The notes: generated by a model not told the origin, from the sequence alone. A DNA stretch of 63,536 bases, filler included, from Reticulomyxa filosa (GCA_000512085.1; 17 parts of 17 records of this genome joined end to end with filler, not necessarily neighbours in it); one strand, 5' to 3'. Shown: positions 26,990-41,421, counted from the whole stretch's first letter. A program made the numbers and translations.

Positions 26990-27089
26990 NNNNNNNNNNN
27001 NNNNNNNNNNNNNNNNNNNNNNNNNNNNNNNNNTTAATTAATTAANNNNNNNNNNNNNNNNNNNNNNNNNNNNNNNNNNNNNNNNNNNN
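26990..27089. other. Artificial contig linker N44-TTAATTAATTAA-N44 (first of 16; others start at 28805, 33264, 35753, 37624, 40595, 42390, 43990, 45251, 46525, 47789, 49044, 55803, 59086, 60537, 61945)
   Basis: Identical 100-bp spacers carrying a six-frame stop cassette. Confidence 0.98.
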
Positions 27090-28804
27090 TACTAACCCCA
27101 AACAACAAACATGTCACCACCACAACCATGACCCCTCCCCCATCCCCCCACCACAGATATGCCATCATCACCACAACTATGCCATCCACAACACCAGTTA
27201 TGCACCCACTACGGCCATTCCACCATCACAGCCATGCCCCTCACCACAACAATGCCACATCTGCTCCACCACCACTCATGCTACCCCCACAACAGCCATG
27301 TACCACCAGCTGAACATCCTTCATGCCAGCCAAAACATACTATCCCAGCCATCACTATCCAAAATGCAACACGCATATCACAACAACGACACAGTCACCA
27401 CGGCCACCCTGCTCCTAATACTACTACCACACATACACTAACCAACCCAACCCTGCACACATAGACATGCCACCACTACCCCAGTAGCCGCATTCCCTGA
27501 CACTATCCCACCACTACCACATACACCCAACTAGCACAACCACCCCCACCGCAACTATAGCTACAACACTTATACAACAACCGCGCCACCACACTAGCCA
27601 CTGCAGTCACACCATCCACATACTAAACACACCACAGTCACCACAAACGACATTACTCCAGCAATACACCACAACAATTGCATACCCTAACCACGACACC
27701 ACAACTCCTAACAAAGCCGCCCCACACACAACCACCATAACACAACACTCACTCATGCACCATCCCCACGATCATCACCACAACCACAACACACATACAC
27801 TAACAGCTCCACAAATCGCTTACACTACCCCTGCATACATCCCCCTCCAGCATACCTTCCCCCTATCATCAATCACATATATCCTAACATACAATAGCAT
27901 CCATCATATATATGTACACAACATACTCCACATACACCAAATACCATACACATAATACAGGCACCACTACCCATACACCAGCAACGCCATCAATGCCCAA
28001 CAACATTACCACTATGCCAACACAGTCACCCCACCACTATCCGAACCAAATATGCTCCATCACAACACTAGCAATCCCACTGCATCAGCCACAATAACCC
28101 CACAACAACAGGCACTATCCCAACTGCCACATCTCCATCTCCATTCCGGCCACTGCACCACCACGCCACGCCATACACACCAGCCACGCTGCCCTCATCC
28201 CAACAACACCTATTCCAACTGCACCACCCCTATCCCGTCTACACCACCACACACAACCACTACCCCAACCATGCACACTATAGACACCACTACTCCAGCA
28301 ACTGCACTCCTATCACCCCAACCCCAATCACGATAACACCCCCGACAATTCTATCACAACTCACAACACACACCAGCCACAATATTCCCACATTAGCCAC
28401 ACCACACCAACTACTACTTCACCCCCACCACAGCCAAGCAACAACACTTACCATATCCACACTACACCTACCCCAGCCACTCCAGTCATGACACCCCCAA
28501 TACAGTCATGATACACCCACATTAGCCACAACACATATCACAATAACCACACCCATCACAACAACATCACCATCATCACAGCCACACTATTCATAATACC
28601 ACAACACCACACATAGATATGCCACCACCCCAGACGCTGCACTCACTAACACTATCCCACAACTGCCACAACAATGACACGCATGCTCCAGCCACACATG
28701 CCCCAGCCACATACACACTAACAACTCCACAATCACTTACACTCCCCCCCCCAGTATCACTCACATATACCCCAACAACAACAACACCCCGGCCAAGGCA
28801 CCAC
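27090..28804. repeat. C/A-rich (G/T-rich on the minus strand) degenerate simple-sequence contig
   Basis: The whole contig is built from cac/acc/caa/cat words and is very G-poor; ORFs are only His/Thr/Pro low-complexity. Confidence 0.85.
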
Positions 28805-28984
28805 NNNNNNNNNNNNNNNNNNNNNNNNNNNNNNNNNNNNNNNNNNNNTTAATTAATTAANNNNNNNNNNNNNNNNNNNNNNNNNNNNNNNNNNNNNNNN
28901 NNNNCAGTAAATATGGACAAATAACAATCTTTTAACAAAGCAATACGTATACTTTGATGTGCGTATGTGTGTATGGGAATAATT

Positions 28985-29018
<34 letters not shown>

Positions 29019-29023
29019 GCTAG

Positions 29024-29894
29024 ATTTTCAAATTCGTTGATGGCAATTGAGAAAAGGAAAGTGTATCTCTGTTACGGATTATTGATAGCTTTATTAGTAA
29101 TAGCAACAGGGCTGAGTGTAGTAATATCATTGACGAGCACATGCTCGAACAGAATAACAGCATTGGACTTTGACCCGTTTGGCAAGCACGTGTATTACGA
29201 CTGCTACACGAATGAGTTGGTAGGAGTGCTGACGGTGGTGCTAGGCGCCCTAGTCGTATTCGGCCTGGACTCGGCAGTCGCGTATATGTATATAACAAGG
29301 CTAATCCAAACCACAAGGTTTGCACGGCGATCGGAAGAGGAAGAGTTTACAATGACAACAAAGAACGGTGATGACAACAACAACAACAACAACAATGACG
29401 AAAAGCTGAAGGAAAGAGAAAAGGAAGATAATGACATAGACAGCCACAAATCCAAGCCACATCATTCCAGTCTATCGGAGCAAAGGGAGACTAAAAAAGA
29501 TACAACTGGAGCGGACTCCTTTGGGGTCATGACAAATGATGAACAACAACAACAACAACAACAACAAAATCAACTTCCTCCATACACGACCAAACTTGAA
29601 GGTAATGTTTCCTCCATATCTGACCAGTCTTCGTTGAAACGTACCGTGGAAATGTTCTCACACATTCGGAGAGCCACGGTCATCGCAGTCACTAGTATTG
29701 TCAGCCGCATGATCACTTTGACCCTTGTCGCCACCATTGACACTGCTTATCCACTAGCTCAAATCGACGCTTTTCTCAATGGTCTGCTCATTTGCTGCGC
29801 ATTCCAATTTGGAGACGGCATTTACAATATCTTGTTTTGCTGCTTTGGGGCTAAAAGTGTTGTCCTTCGAGTCTTTTCTGTTACGAGTTCATGA
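29024..29894 (+). CDS. C-terminal part of a 7TM/GPCR-like membrane protein (5' truncated)
   Basis: Four hydrophobic helices, Cys residues in the loop between the first two, a long N/Q-rich loop before the last two, and a C-terminal FCCF. Confidence 0.55.
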
Positions 29895-31613
29895 ACATCC
29901 GTTGTGCATGTGCGTTTTTTTTTTGTTTTTTTTTGAATCTCTTTGCGAGTTCTCAAATTTGGAAATTTTTTTTTTTTTTTTTTTTGTTGTTGTGTTTATT
30001 TGTTTCAATTTCTCTTTCTGCTGTTAAAAAAATAAAATGACAAATCAAAATTAAACATTTCTTTTGTAAAAAGTTCAGGACAAAAAACTTCATGCTTTGG
30101 ACTTTATTACAAATTCCCCTTTTTAAAACTTAGGTATTTATTGAAATATTTTTAAGGGCAATATTGCCTATTTACTTTTTTTGTGAGAGTTGACAATGGA
30201 CAAAGAATGGTAGGTTAAATCGCCGGTTTCAAGCATCCTTTGAAAAAGCAATTGAAGCAAGAAACACCAGCTCTTTCATTTAAAACACGAAAATACAAAA
30301 GGACATGCACCAAACGGCAGCCGTTCCGTTTAATATGCAAACATATACTTTTTTTAATATGATTGCTCAAATGTATTATTAATCTAATGTGTGTTTTTTT
30401 TTATTATTGTCGAAATTATGTGTACATCATACAGTACACCAATGTAACAAAAATGATGAACTCTTAATGTAAAAGGATATATCTTTTTCAAATTGATAAT
30501 ATTCCAATTGTTTCCCTTGTATCCATTTCACTTGCGTCCTGTTTTTTAACAAAAAAAGATATAAAAAAAATAATATCGCATTTGTCACTAATTTAGTCTT
30601 CCTTGTGTATTTTAGTGTTCATTATTTTCGTCAATTGTTACTTTGCTTTTAATGTCGTTAACACCATCTTCCTGGCCAAATATTTTTATTCAAAATTTTT
30701 AGTGATTGACATTAAGTTTTTCAGTTTATTGCATATACAAAAAAAACAATAATTTCAAACAAACCTAACAAAATAATAAAAATTATTTACTAATTGCCAC
30801 TTTATTAGATCTTTTTTGATTATTGTGTTATACTTTTATTTTATAAAATTTGATTTTTAACATTTTAAGCTGATCAATTATTCCAATTTTATAATTTGAA
30901 AAAACAATAGTATTGTACCTAAATTTTAAATATTTTTCCAAAATACAATCCGATCACATGACACAAATGCTGCCTTCTATTTTAATCCAATGTAGGAAAT
31001 CTGGAGTGAAAATAAATGTTGAAACAGAGAAGAGAATTTTTAAATTAAACTAAAAGAAGAAAGCAATATTTGAATCATTAGACTCAATTATGACGTAGGA
31101 ATATCCCCCACAAAAAAATAATTAAAAGATTGTGTCCCCTAGGATAAATGATCTAGTTATAATTTAATTGGAGTTGCACAGTGCGGAAAACAAAGCGATA
31201 TCAAGTGTAGTTTTTTTAGAAGCTCATATTTTATGAATCACAAATGCAATACTGATATCTTTTTAAAAGAAAAATCAATATCAAATCCCCTCGGATAACC
31301 TTAACACTAAGCAATGCGCGTTTTAACTATATTCCTATTTAATCGATTGTCAAAACTTTTGAGCTGTTTCCCTTTTAAAGTGATTCTCAAAAATTAATTT
31401 GTTTTGTTATTTTAAATGCACCGACGCAAATGTTTGCCAACTCCAACAAAAAAAGGGGACAAAAAAAAAGGGACATTGTATTTCAATAAAATTTCTATCA
31501 ATTATTTTTTTTTCTGAAAAAAACTGACAAAAACAAAAAAAAGATCAACACTTTCTTATTTGATTCTCGAAAGGTGAGAACAAGCAGCAAATCCTACTGT
31601 TTTGCATTTTTTT

Positions 31614-32265
31614 TTAATCCTTCTTGTTAGATGGGGATGTCGATTGGCTGCTTTGGACACTTGTTGCCACTTTCACGGCCGTATTCATCAATGTCTCACC
31701 ATGTTGACTGAGTAACTGTCCACCTTTTTGTTTCACTGTTGTCAGCGCAACATCGCTATAAGTTGTAATGGTCTTGTCAACCTAAATTTTTTTTTTTTGC
31801 TCTTGTTTATTTTTTCCCCCTCTATAAAAAAAAAAAGTTCAAACACCCCCTCTTTTTGCCGAAAGCGATGGACATGGCCCAAAAATAAAAAAAAATTACT
31901 TTTTCAAATGCGTTATCAATGGATGTTCGGTTTTCGTCAACAACAGGCTTGGCCATGTTTACACAAATGACACTTTGATGGCAGTGGTCCACTTGGATCC
32001 ATATCACAAATGCCAAACGCAATATACGATAGAACGGAACCAAATACAACAAATGCAATGACAGGTATTCAACCGATAACAACACAGCCAACACGCACCA
32101 AAAACACATGTAATTTTTGTAAAGTGTCTGTTTTTGCTCTCTTAATGCTTCTGTCGTTCGAAGGATTGGCAGCAGCCAAAAAAACAGGTTCTCAAGTACA
32201 ACTAAGATACAGTCCAGTCCTAAGCCAAGCAGAAAGTTTATTGGTATGAAGAGCCAGCCCAACAT
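31614..32265 (-). CDS. TB2/DP1/HVA22 (REEP/Yop1) ER-shaping protein
   Basis: LPILRTTEAL..YMCFWCVLAVLLSVEY..LVPFYRILRLAFVIWI; intron 31782-31899; stop at 31614. Confidence 0.85.
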
Positions 32266-32753
32266 TATCGCCAAATGTTCTTCTGAGTTACGGTTATTTT
32301 AAAATAATTCCACCAAACAAAATACAAGCCAAATAAAGCTGAGTTTTTTTTGTTCAAAAAATTTCTTTTAGCTATGAGTCTGCTTTTCGTCGTAATTTGC
32401 AATGTAGTAAATAAAAACGTTGCACGGTCATCCAACACGCAAAAATGGAGGATTTAGTCTTCCATTAGAAGAGGAAATACTGTAACAAATCAAAATAAAA
32501 TGTTCCAGATGCATTTATAGCTACAAAGAAAAGTACAGCGTCAAATTCGAGAATTTTCGTTTTGTGTGTCAATAACAACAACAAAAAATATTATAATCTT
32601 GTTTCATCGAAAATAATGTAAGAAATTATGTTGTATTGATCTAAGGAAAGGGACAAAGAAACAGTTGTTTTTTTTAAAGTGTTTTTTCTTCCTTTTCCCT
32701 TTCCTATTTTAATTGTATCTGAGCCGTTTAGAACTCTTGGCCATTCAAAGAAA

Positions 32754-33141
32754 ATGAGTGGGAGCAGTATTTGTCGTTTATTGAAGTGCAATCCTGTTAA
32801 TTTGTTTTATACAACATACGAATATACGCTTGGCCCGTCCCAGTCGCGTTGGACCCATATCGTGTTGCTGCACTCTCTGTTGTCCTCTGGGAAAAATTCA
32901 TTTCCAATTAATTTCTTTACAAAGCCGTTGGCAACAAAACTTAGTCATGTTTTGCAATCGAACATTCGATGCTATCTTCCGGATGCGCGAAATCATGGTC
33001 AGAGTGAGCACAGCAATGACTTTACACTCCAATATTTGGCCTGTGATTTGGATAATTTTCTATCATTGCACCAAATACCGAATCCTCTATTAATTGGTCA
33101 CAGTATGGGGGGAAAAACAGCTTTGCTATATTCGCTATTAG
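32754..33141 (+). CDS. Alpha/beta hydrolase, ABHD11/YbfF-like (first exon; 3' truncated by contig end)
   Basis: DARNHGQSEH and nucleophile elbow IGHSMGGKTA. Confidence 0.85.
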
Positions 33142-33226
33142 GTTTATATTAATTCATTACAAATTATAAATATGTATATACGTAACGTACATATATGTAA
33201 ACATGCGTGCATACAACATGGGGAAG

Positions 33227-33263
<37 letters not shown>

Positions 33264-35921
33264 NNNNNNNNNNNNNNNNNNNNNNNNNNNNNNNNNNNNN
33301 NNNNNNNTTAATTAATTAANNNNNNNNNNNNNNNNNNNNNNNNNNNNNNNNNNNNNNNNNNNNATATACTTATTCCGAGGATTACCCAAAACAATATTTT
33401 TTGTCGTATTGAACATTCTTGTGTTTATTCGTGGAAAATTAACACTAATTCAAATTTCTTTTTTTAAGCATGAAAATATTTAAACTTTTTGATTGCAATT
33501 GATAACATGATTGATAACTTAATAGAATTTAAATAAAATATTTTCTTTAAAAATTGCAAAAATATTTAAACTGAATGTTTAATAATTAGTGACTTTTGAT
33601 CTTCTGTTTAGCCAATTCTAATTTTGGTTGTCTTAAAATTATACTGTAATTTATTTGGAAATAATCATTATTTTGATTACCTAAAACATCTGAGATTTTT
33701 CCATCTTTTTTCAAGTTGTGGACCGATATTTGGTATGCTTTTTTTATACGTCTCAATCTCCAAGTACTTCTCATTTTTTTTTGGAGTTTGTTTGAGCCAT
33801 ATCAAAAAAAAACCGACTCCATTTTTATTGTTACTAAATTTGGGAAAAACTGTGATTGCAAATAATGCGAATGATGTTCATATAACCCAAATATTATCAC
33901 TGTGCTAAATAAACAAAACACATTTTCTTACGCTTAAAGAAAGATATCTCCGATATTTTCAAGTAACTCTAATGAATTGCATAGTATTCTCCACTTTTTT
34001 TCCTTCCCAAATCTGTGCTGTTGTAAAATTCATCTTTTTTTTTTTTAAAAACAAAAAAATTGCGTATTTGATCAAGACAACTAAGTTGATGTAAAAATCG
34101 GTTTGTTCTAATGTTAATTTTTTATGAAGGGATACCTGATCAAATAAGAAGAATTATTATTTGGATTATAATTTTTACTTAAAAAAATGTAATGCAGATT
34201 AATTTTTTCACTCCAATTTTAATTGAAGTTTTTAGAGATACTCTAATTTTTTTTTGGAGTAAAAATAAACATGACTCCATTTTCTGTAATTGGCAAACAC
34301 TTGATATAAATATATTACTGAACACTTTGAAGAAAGTTATTGCCTTTTCGTTCTACCTTGTTTGATCTATGTTTCAGTTTCTTCAAAAGGAAATGATATG
34401 TTTGTGATTACATTATTTCTTAAGAAATCTCGCAAATTTTTTTTCACTCTGGAAAAATAGGTAGTTTTTTCCGCAGAGTAGCTTAAAAATAATTCAAAGA
34501 AAGAAAATCCTGCGTCAGGTTTTTGGTTTTTTTTAAGTCTTTGAATAACAAGTGATTGTCTTCGTTTAAAAAAAGCAAAAAACGCCAATTTAATTATTGA
34601 ATTTGTTGTTCTCATGACTACAAAAAAGTAATTTACTGCTATGCAAAATATCTTTCTCGAGACATTAGTTTCTACTTATTGTTATTCTATTTTAAGCTAA
34701 CGTTGCTTTGTTTTTGGAGATGGGTACAATATAATTAAAGGCTTCATTTGATGGAAATATCAATAGCTTCATTAACAAAAAAAAATCCTTGGTAGGTTTT
34801 TCTACTCCAATAAATAATCCTTTTTTTTATTATTGCAGTTTGCCAACTTGTTGTGCGATCCTTTGAGCCTGTATCATTCCAGAAGACACATCAAAGTTTT
34901 TTTTGTGTTGTTTGTTTTCAGACGACTACTTGTTAATTTTTTTTTAACTTTTTTTCAGAGGATTGCCTTTTATTTGTCTGTATTATTATGTACTTTTTGC
35001 AATGTTTCTATCATTCAATAGCATCAATGCATTGTGAGAAAATTTTAAGTTTTTTTAAAAAAAAAAAGAACTGTTGTAGTGTGGTCTCATCAAAGACATA
35101 CAGTGACAAATGCGCTTTGGGGGCCCAAGACTGTGAGGAGACAAAAAACACTTTCCTCCACATTAAAATGATCAAAGTTCGAACTTAGCGTCTAGTTTCC
35201 CAAAAACTCAACGAAAAAATAAAAAATTTTTCTTTTATTTTTTGTCACAAAACAGTTGTTATACGACTTTTTTTAACTACAAAGGATTATAAAAGCTTAT
35301 TTGTTTGTTTTGGTGTTTAATGTAAATTGTATTCTTCAATAAAAAGAAAATGTTATTGCACAACATTTGCACTTGGGTTTTATCACTAAAAACATTTTTT
35401 CTTCAAGTGAGATGCAAAGATATTAGATTTTATCCTTTATAACAAAATTGATAAAAAAAAAAAACTACAAAGGGGTGAGTTTTATGATATTTTAGTTTAG
35501 GATAACACATAAAGTGTCATGTAAAAGAAGCATATTTTGATTGCACTAGACAAAACGAGTGCAAGGACTCGAGTTAGGTAATGGAATAATTATTGATCAA
35601 ATCAAAAAGCTATTGCCAATACAATTGATCCAAAATCATCAATCCAGGTTTAAAATGAATTTCATTTACAACTAAAACAGTTTTACAAAAAAATTGATAA
35701 TCACGTATGTAACTTGTTTCTTCTCCAAAAAAAAACTCTACATTAATTGGAGNNNNNNNNNNNNNNNNNNNNNNNNNNNNNNNNNNNNNNNNNNNNTTAA
35801 TTAATTAANNNNNNNNNNNNNNNNNNNNNNNNNNNNNNNNNNNNNNNNNNNNTAAGCTTCCTTTCAACAAATCCTTCAGAAAATTATTTGTCTTTAACTT
35901 TTGATTGTATGTAATTTATAG

Positions 35922-37191
35922 CCAAGTCTATCAGAAAAAGGAGAAATTAAAGTAATTCTTAACTATTGGATTCGAATATCAGACATTAAATTGGGATGGA
36001 TTAGTGATTTTGACAGACTTGTTGCCAATTATGTTATGTTTTTTTTGTTTCTCATTTCATGGGCCAATCAAGTGTTAAATATTTATTTATTATTATTGAA
36101 TATACATTTAGATAACTAAAGTTTTCATATTTGATACATTTCGTTCCTCATCTGAATCACTCAAGATTCTCACTGGACATAGCAGTCGTGTGTGTAGTAT
36201 TGATTATGCAACGTTTGATGATGGCTATTTACTTTTTTCTGGATCAGTTGATAAAACTGTTCGTGTATGGAATCCAAAGACCAACAAACAAATCCAATTA
36301 TTTAATGGACATTCAGATTTTGTTAATTGTGTAAAATTTTCACCATATCATTATTACAATAGTCGTCTAAATGTCGTTTGTTCTTCATCAAATGATCGGA
36401 CTATTCGTTTTTGGAATGTCAAACATAAGAAAGAATTGCAAATATGTAATGGACATGCTCGTGGTGTTACAAGCATTGCGTTCTCATCATTTGGTGGAGG
36501 TAGATATTTATGTTCTGGATCTGATGATAAAACTATTGGTTTATGGGATGTTGAAACATTCAACTCATTATGTGCTTTCAATGGACATACATTGATTGTT
36601 CGATGTGTGGATTTTTCACCATTGCAAAGTAATAACAACAATCATAATAAGATTACTGATATTGGTGTAATTGGTGGTAATGGATATACAATTTGTTCTG
36701 GATCATCAGATAAAACTGTTCGTGTATGGGATGTTGAAACGACCAAACAATTGATTGTATTTAATGGACATGAAGATTTTGTGAGAAGTGTAAAATATGG
36801 GTCAAATGAATTAGTAAATATCGGCTGTGCAAATACAATATTATCCGGATCAGATGATAAAAGTATTCGTTTGTGGGATATTCGATCTGGTGAACAAGTT
36901 CAAAAGTTCGATGGACATACACATTGGGTTATTGCTGTTGACTATTCACCGTTTACAGTGGACAATTTCGATATTGGTGGTAGTTCAAATGTGATATGTT
37001 CTGCTTCAGTTGATTGTACAATTCGTTTTTGGGATATTCGATCAAATAAGAGTGAGTTATATGCATTCAATGAACAAAGAAATGGAGTATTTTGCTTAAA
37101 ATTTTTACAATTAAAAAAAAGCAATAATGACAGTGGTGGTATTTATTTGTGTTATGGTTCAACTAGGGGTCCAATTCATATCAGAGGATAA
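35922..37191 (+). CDS. WD40-repeat protein of a lineage-expanded family (5' truncated)
   Basis: About seven GH...SGS.DKT(V/I)R.WD repeats; upstream exon WIRISDIKLGWISDFDRLVANY; intron 36033-36111. Confidence 0.93.
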
Positions 37192-37476
37192 TCTCATTTT
37201 TTCATAATAAAAAATTTTTCGAGTGGTTTGAATTAAATAAAACAGTTTTTCTCTACTAATTAATCCATACCTAACCCGTTTTGTTTGTCATCCACAGAAA
37301 AAAAAAAATATTTGAGTGCTTTGATTCTTTGAAAATTAAGTGGAATCATTTTTCCCACAATTGGCATACCTATTAATAGTGTTACAAAAAAATTGGATTG
37401 GAGTTTTTTGCTTCAAAATCCTTTTTTTTGAGCAAAAAAACTCTTTGGAAATCTTAATTGATACTATTTTACAAAA

Positions 37477-37623
37477 ATGTCTTTTTATAAAGCGTATGTG
37501 AATTATGAAGGAAAGAGATATGCAATAATGTTATCAAATTTGACAATGGAACATTTGAAAAAACAAATCTTTGAAGTGATTGAACGAACACATGTCGATG
37601 ATCTATTGATAACCATTATTGGC
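37477..37623 (+). CDS. N-terminus of a hypothetical protein (PB1-like beta-grasp start), truncated
   Basis: MSFYKAYVNYEGKRYAIMLSNLTMEHLKKQI runs into the linker. Confidence 0.45.
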
Positions 37624-38949
37624 NNNNNNNNNNNNNNNNNNNNNNNNNNNNNNNNNNNNNNNNNNNNTTAATTAATTAANNNNNNNNNNNNNNNNNNNNN
37701 NNNNNNNNNNNNNNNNNNNNNNNGAATTTTAACAATCGTGACAACATATCAACAGTCGTTTTCTTTTCATGAGTTGCTTTCTTTTGCCGATCGATATTGA
37801 TTATAAGGTGGCGGATAGATACATTTAATTAAATGTTTGATTGGAAGATTATATTGCATTGTCATAAGTTGATTTCAAGATTTTATAATATATGAATACA
37901 ATATTGCTTTATTATTTCGACTTTCATCATAATTCGCTTTTTTTCAACATATCAAATAGTACGTTTTCTTTGAATATTTCAATCATTAGTTATTTATCTA
38001 TTTATAAATACATTAAAAAATATGTTTTTATATTTAATAAAACAAAAAAAAACATATAGTCTTTTTTTTTTAGAATTGGGTCATGTTCAATTGCTTCGAC
38101 TATATTTCAAAGTCCATACGAAATGAATAGTTTTAATGTTGCTCGATTGCAAAGTCAGTTATATAATGTTCGATTTAAGTCTATAAATGAGAAAATAGAT
38201 TGCTGCATATACACTTGCAAATCTTCGATTTTGTGGCGTAATAGGACTATGTTCATTGTAAATAATCAACTGTATACATCATACACTTTAGATATTATTC
38301 AGTCAGTGCCTACCCTTGCGATAAGTCGATTACGTTATAAAGAAAATCTCTACAACGTTTATTACCTTTTACGAGACTTCCGTTGATATCATGACAATAG
38401 TTCAAATTGTCAACATAAAAACATACATTCGTTAATTATAACGAATTTCATGTTGGATGTTATTCGATTATTGAAATTAATGATAATGACAATGCAACAA
38501 TTTTTCGACTTTGTTTTAATCAACATTCAATGATCATAATGTTAATCGTAATTGTTAATATATACTTATTTTTATTTACTTTTGCTTTTACATCATCATA
38601 GCTTGCACTTGCGTGTGTGTTTATAACTGCATTTTTTATTAAATAGATATTGTTTTGATCTGGCAATATATGTTGTTGGATAAAATAATGATCGTTCATT
38701 AGTTGAATAGTATCCATAATAATGGAAGTTGGCGTTTCTTCATTTATAGTTGATTTGCTTGTATTAGTTAGCATATTGCTTTGAATGTAACTACATATTT
38801 AGTCAGTCATTATAATATCAGCTTCATCCAACGATAAAATACGATAATAAAAGTATATGCTTTTATTTGCTATTGTTATTATTGTTGATATTCTTGCAAT
38901 TAACATCTATAATGTCAATGTTGCTATTGTTGCGCATGTTGTTGTTTTG

Positions 38950-39900
38950 ATTATCATTAGTATTTATATGAGCATTCACAATAAACAAGGATCTCTTGAT
39001 AGTTGCTACATCCAGTTTTTTTAAACTTTTTTTCCAGTTCAGGTGTTTCGTCTAAATTTTTATTGTTCGATCTTTTCAAATGAACCTTTGTCTTTGGTTT
39101 TGCATTTCTTTTCTTTATTGTGTTGAAATACTTGCAAGTCCATGACTGATTGAGATTTCTTGCTGACTCCATCATATATTGTCATTTTCTTATAACATAG
39201 CAAAATTCATTTTTCCAAAGTTAATTTACGAAATCAGAATAAGTAACTGCGATTGATCAATTTACCTGTAACTCCACTTATATTATCATCAATCAAACTC
39301 CAATTGTTGTCAAAAAAGATAATTGTATCTCTGGCCCATCAAATTAGTGCAAATACATCAGTCACGTGTAGTCGGCAAAAGGGCAAAGATTTGATCATTT
39401 ATTGATTGTGAATTAATCAACGGACTCTTGTCGTTCGATGTTGTTCACAAAAGTATCTCCACTACACCGAAAAATCATCAAGAAGTTTAATACTTGGGTC
39501 ATTTGAGAAAATATTAACACTCAATTTACACAAGTGAAAAAAAGAAAATGGCTTAACAGTTCATCAATTTGTAGGAAATTAGATTTATCTTCTGGACCAT
39601 TATGGTACATTTTCTTTAATTCACAAAGTTCTTGCCAATTAAAATTTTTAAACAATCGATGTTGTCGAACATTGTCCGCTGTAATTTTGATATAAACTAG
39701 CCTTTTGATTTGTTTTTTATACAATAATTTTCTAATTAAACTAAGTACTATGTAGTAAATTGTACTGGAAATACAACGATTTTTTATAATACGATCGTAT
39801 TGTTGTATTCGATCTTTAGCATAAAATGGAAAATGAAGCAACCATTTCATAGATCAAAATTCACATATACAACTAGCATACACTTGACTTTGACCTTTTC
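38950..39900 (-). pseudogene. Decayed gene of unknown family
   Basis: Protein-like segments (MKWLLHFPFYAKDRIQQY, FDNNWSLIDDNISGVTGKL) broken by stops and frameshifts. Confidence 0.35.
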
Positions 39901-40728
39901 CAGATATCAATTCAGTCACTAAATATTAATTAGTCCTACACACAAAGTGTATGTCGTGCGTGTACAATTTGATTGAATCATTAAAAGTTTTAATTTGAAG
40001 ATCTTAGCATGACGACACTGTAAAAAAAAAACTAAATAACGCGTTGTTCCCTTTCTTCGTAAACAAATTTTACAAATCCCAAATCAGTAATCTTTAAATA
40101 TCCTTTTTGATCTATTAACAGATTTTTGTTTTAAATCTCTGTATACGATGCCTTGCTGTGTGTGTGTTCAACTGTTTACATATACATTTTCTTTGTGAAT
40201 ATTTTCTCCTACAAATTCTCTTCAGTTTGAAAAGAATTTACATTTATCATTTTTCTTTTGTTTTTATCTTGACTCCAAAAAAAGCTAAAGAGTCCAAAAG
40301 TTCAGTAACGAACTTTGGAAAAGATTAAAAATTCAAACATCTCGTAAATCGGACAAACACTTATTTCATGAAAGTATATAATTTTGATTAATCCAAAAAG
40401 GCGTCTTTAATGAACGTTCTGAAGAGCTTGCAAAGAATGTTCTGTTGTGGACATCCTTGAATGAAACGGCTTGAGAAAGTGATGCCAAGTGTTAATTATC
40501 TCCACGAAATGAGTAAAAAAGTAAATTGAGCAAAAAAGTCTGCGTAGCTGGCCTCCAAACAAAAAATCTTGTAAAAGCGACACCAATGAGTACANNNNNN
40601 NNNNNNNNNNNNNNNNNNNNNNNNNNNNNNNNNNNNNNTTAATTAATTAANNNNNNNNNNNNNNNNNNNNNNNNNNNNNNNNNNNNNNNNNNNNTATATT
40701 TATATTTATATTTGTTATGATATAAAAG

Positions 40729-41421
40729 GTCATCCAAATGTGTTGCCAGTGTATGTGGAACTGCAACGTCGATCGGCACGTCGGATGCACAAGATAATGC
40801 GACGTGCGATGATAAGCAGTGTGACAATGTATGCAAGCGTAGCCGTGTTTGGATTTTTGACGTTTATGGATGGCACTTGTGCCAACATCATGCTCAACAA
40901 CTTCCATCAACACGTCAATGTCATCGTGGCCGCCGTCGCCGTTTGTCTCAGTCTTCTTGTCACCTTGGGCTTGTTGCTCTTGGCCTTTCGCGAGTCCCTT
41001 TCCGAAGTTCTCTTTGGCAAGTCGTCCTTGCCCTTCTTCCCACGCATCACTGTGGCCTTTGTCTCTGTCATTGCTCTGGCTGGAGTTTCCATTTTCATTC
41101 GAGATGTGTCTACTGTTTCGTATTTTTTTTTTGTCTAAATATTTTTTACTTACCTTTTTTTTTTTTTTTTGTTGCTACGTTGTATAGGTATTTGCATTAT
41201 TGGGCTCGACCACGGCACCTATCATGTGCTATATTCTTCCAACTGTTTTTATTTGTAAAATTGTACCCAAACATCAATGTCGAAAGCAAAAGATGCTTGC
41301 GATCATTATGTCTGTTGTTGTGGGTTCGTTTCTTTTGGTTTGTGGAGGTTACAATATTTACTTACTGGTTGTTGGTCCCTCTGTCTCGTGTCAAAATGCA
41401 CAGACTATCGATAACTTGTAA
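40729..41421 (+). CDS. Amino-acid transporter (Aa_trans / SLC38-AVT family), C-terminal half
   Basis: HPNVLPVYVEL..MYASVAVFGFLTF..NIMLN..VFALLGSTTAPIMCYILP; one intron near 41115-41187. Confidence 0.9.

Noticed and set aside
27034-27045. Regularly recurring TTAATTAATTAA as a biological repeat or CRISPR-like array
   Set aside because: Always centred in N-runs of identical length; it is an artificial six-frame stop linker.
27128-28804. His/Thr/Pro-rich ORFs as real genes
   Set aside because: A by-product of C/A-rich composition; short ORFs occur in all frames with no consistent one.
33586-34040. Minus-strand coding remnant in contig 4
   Set aside because: Fragmentary and unassignable.
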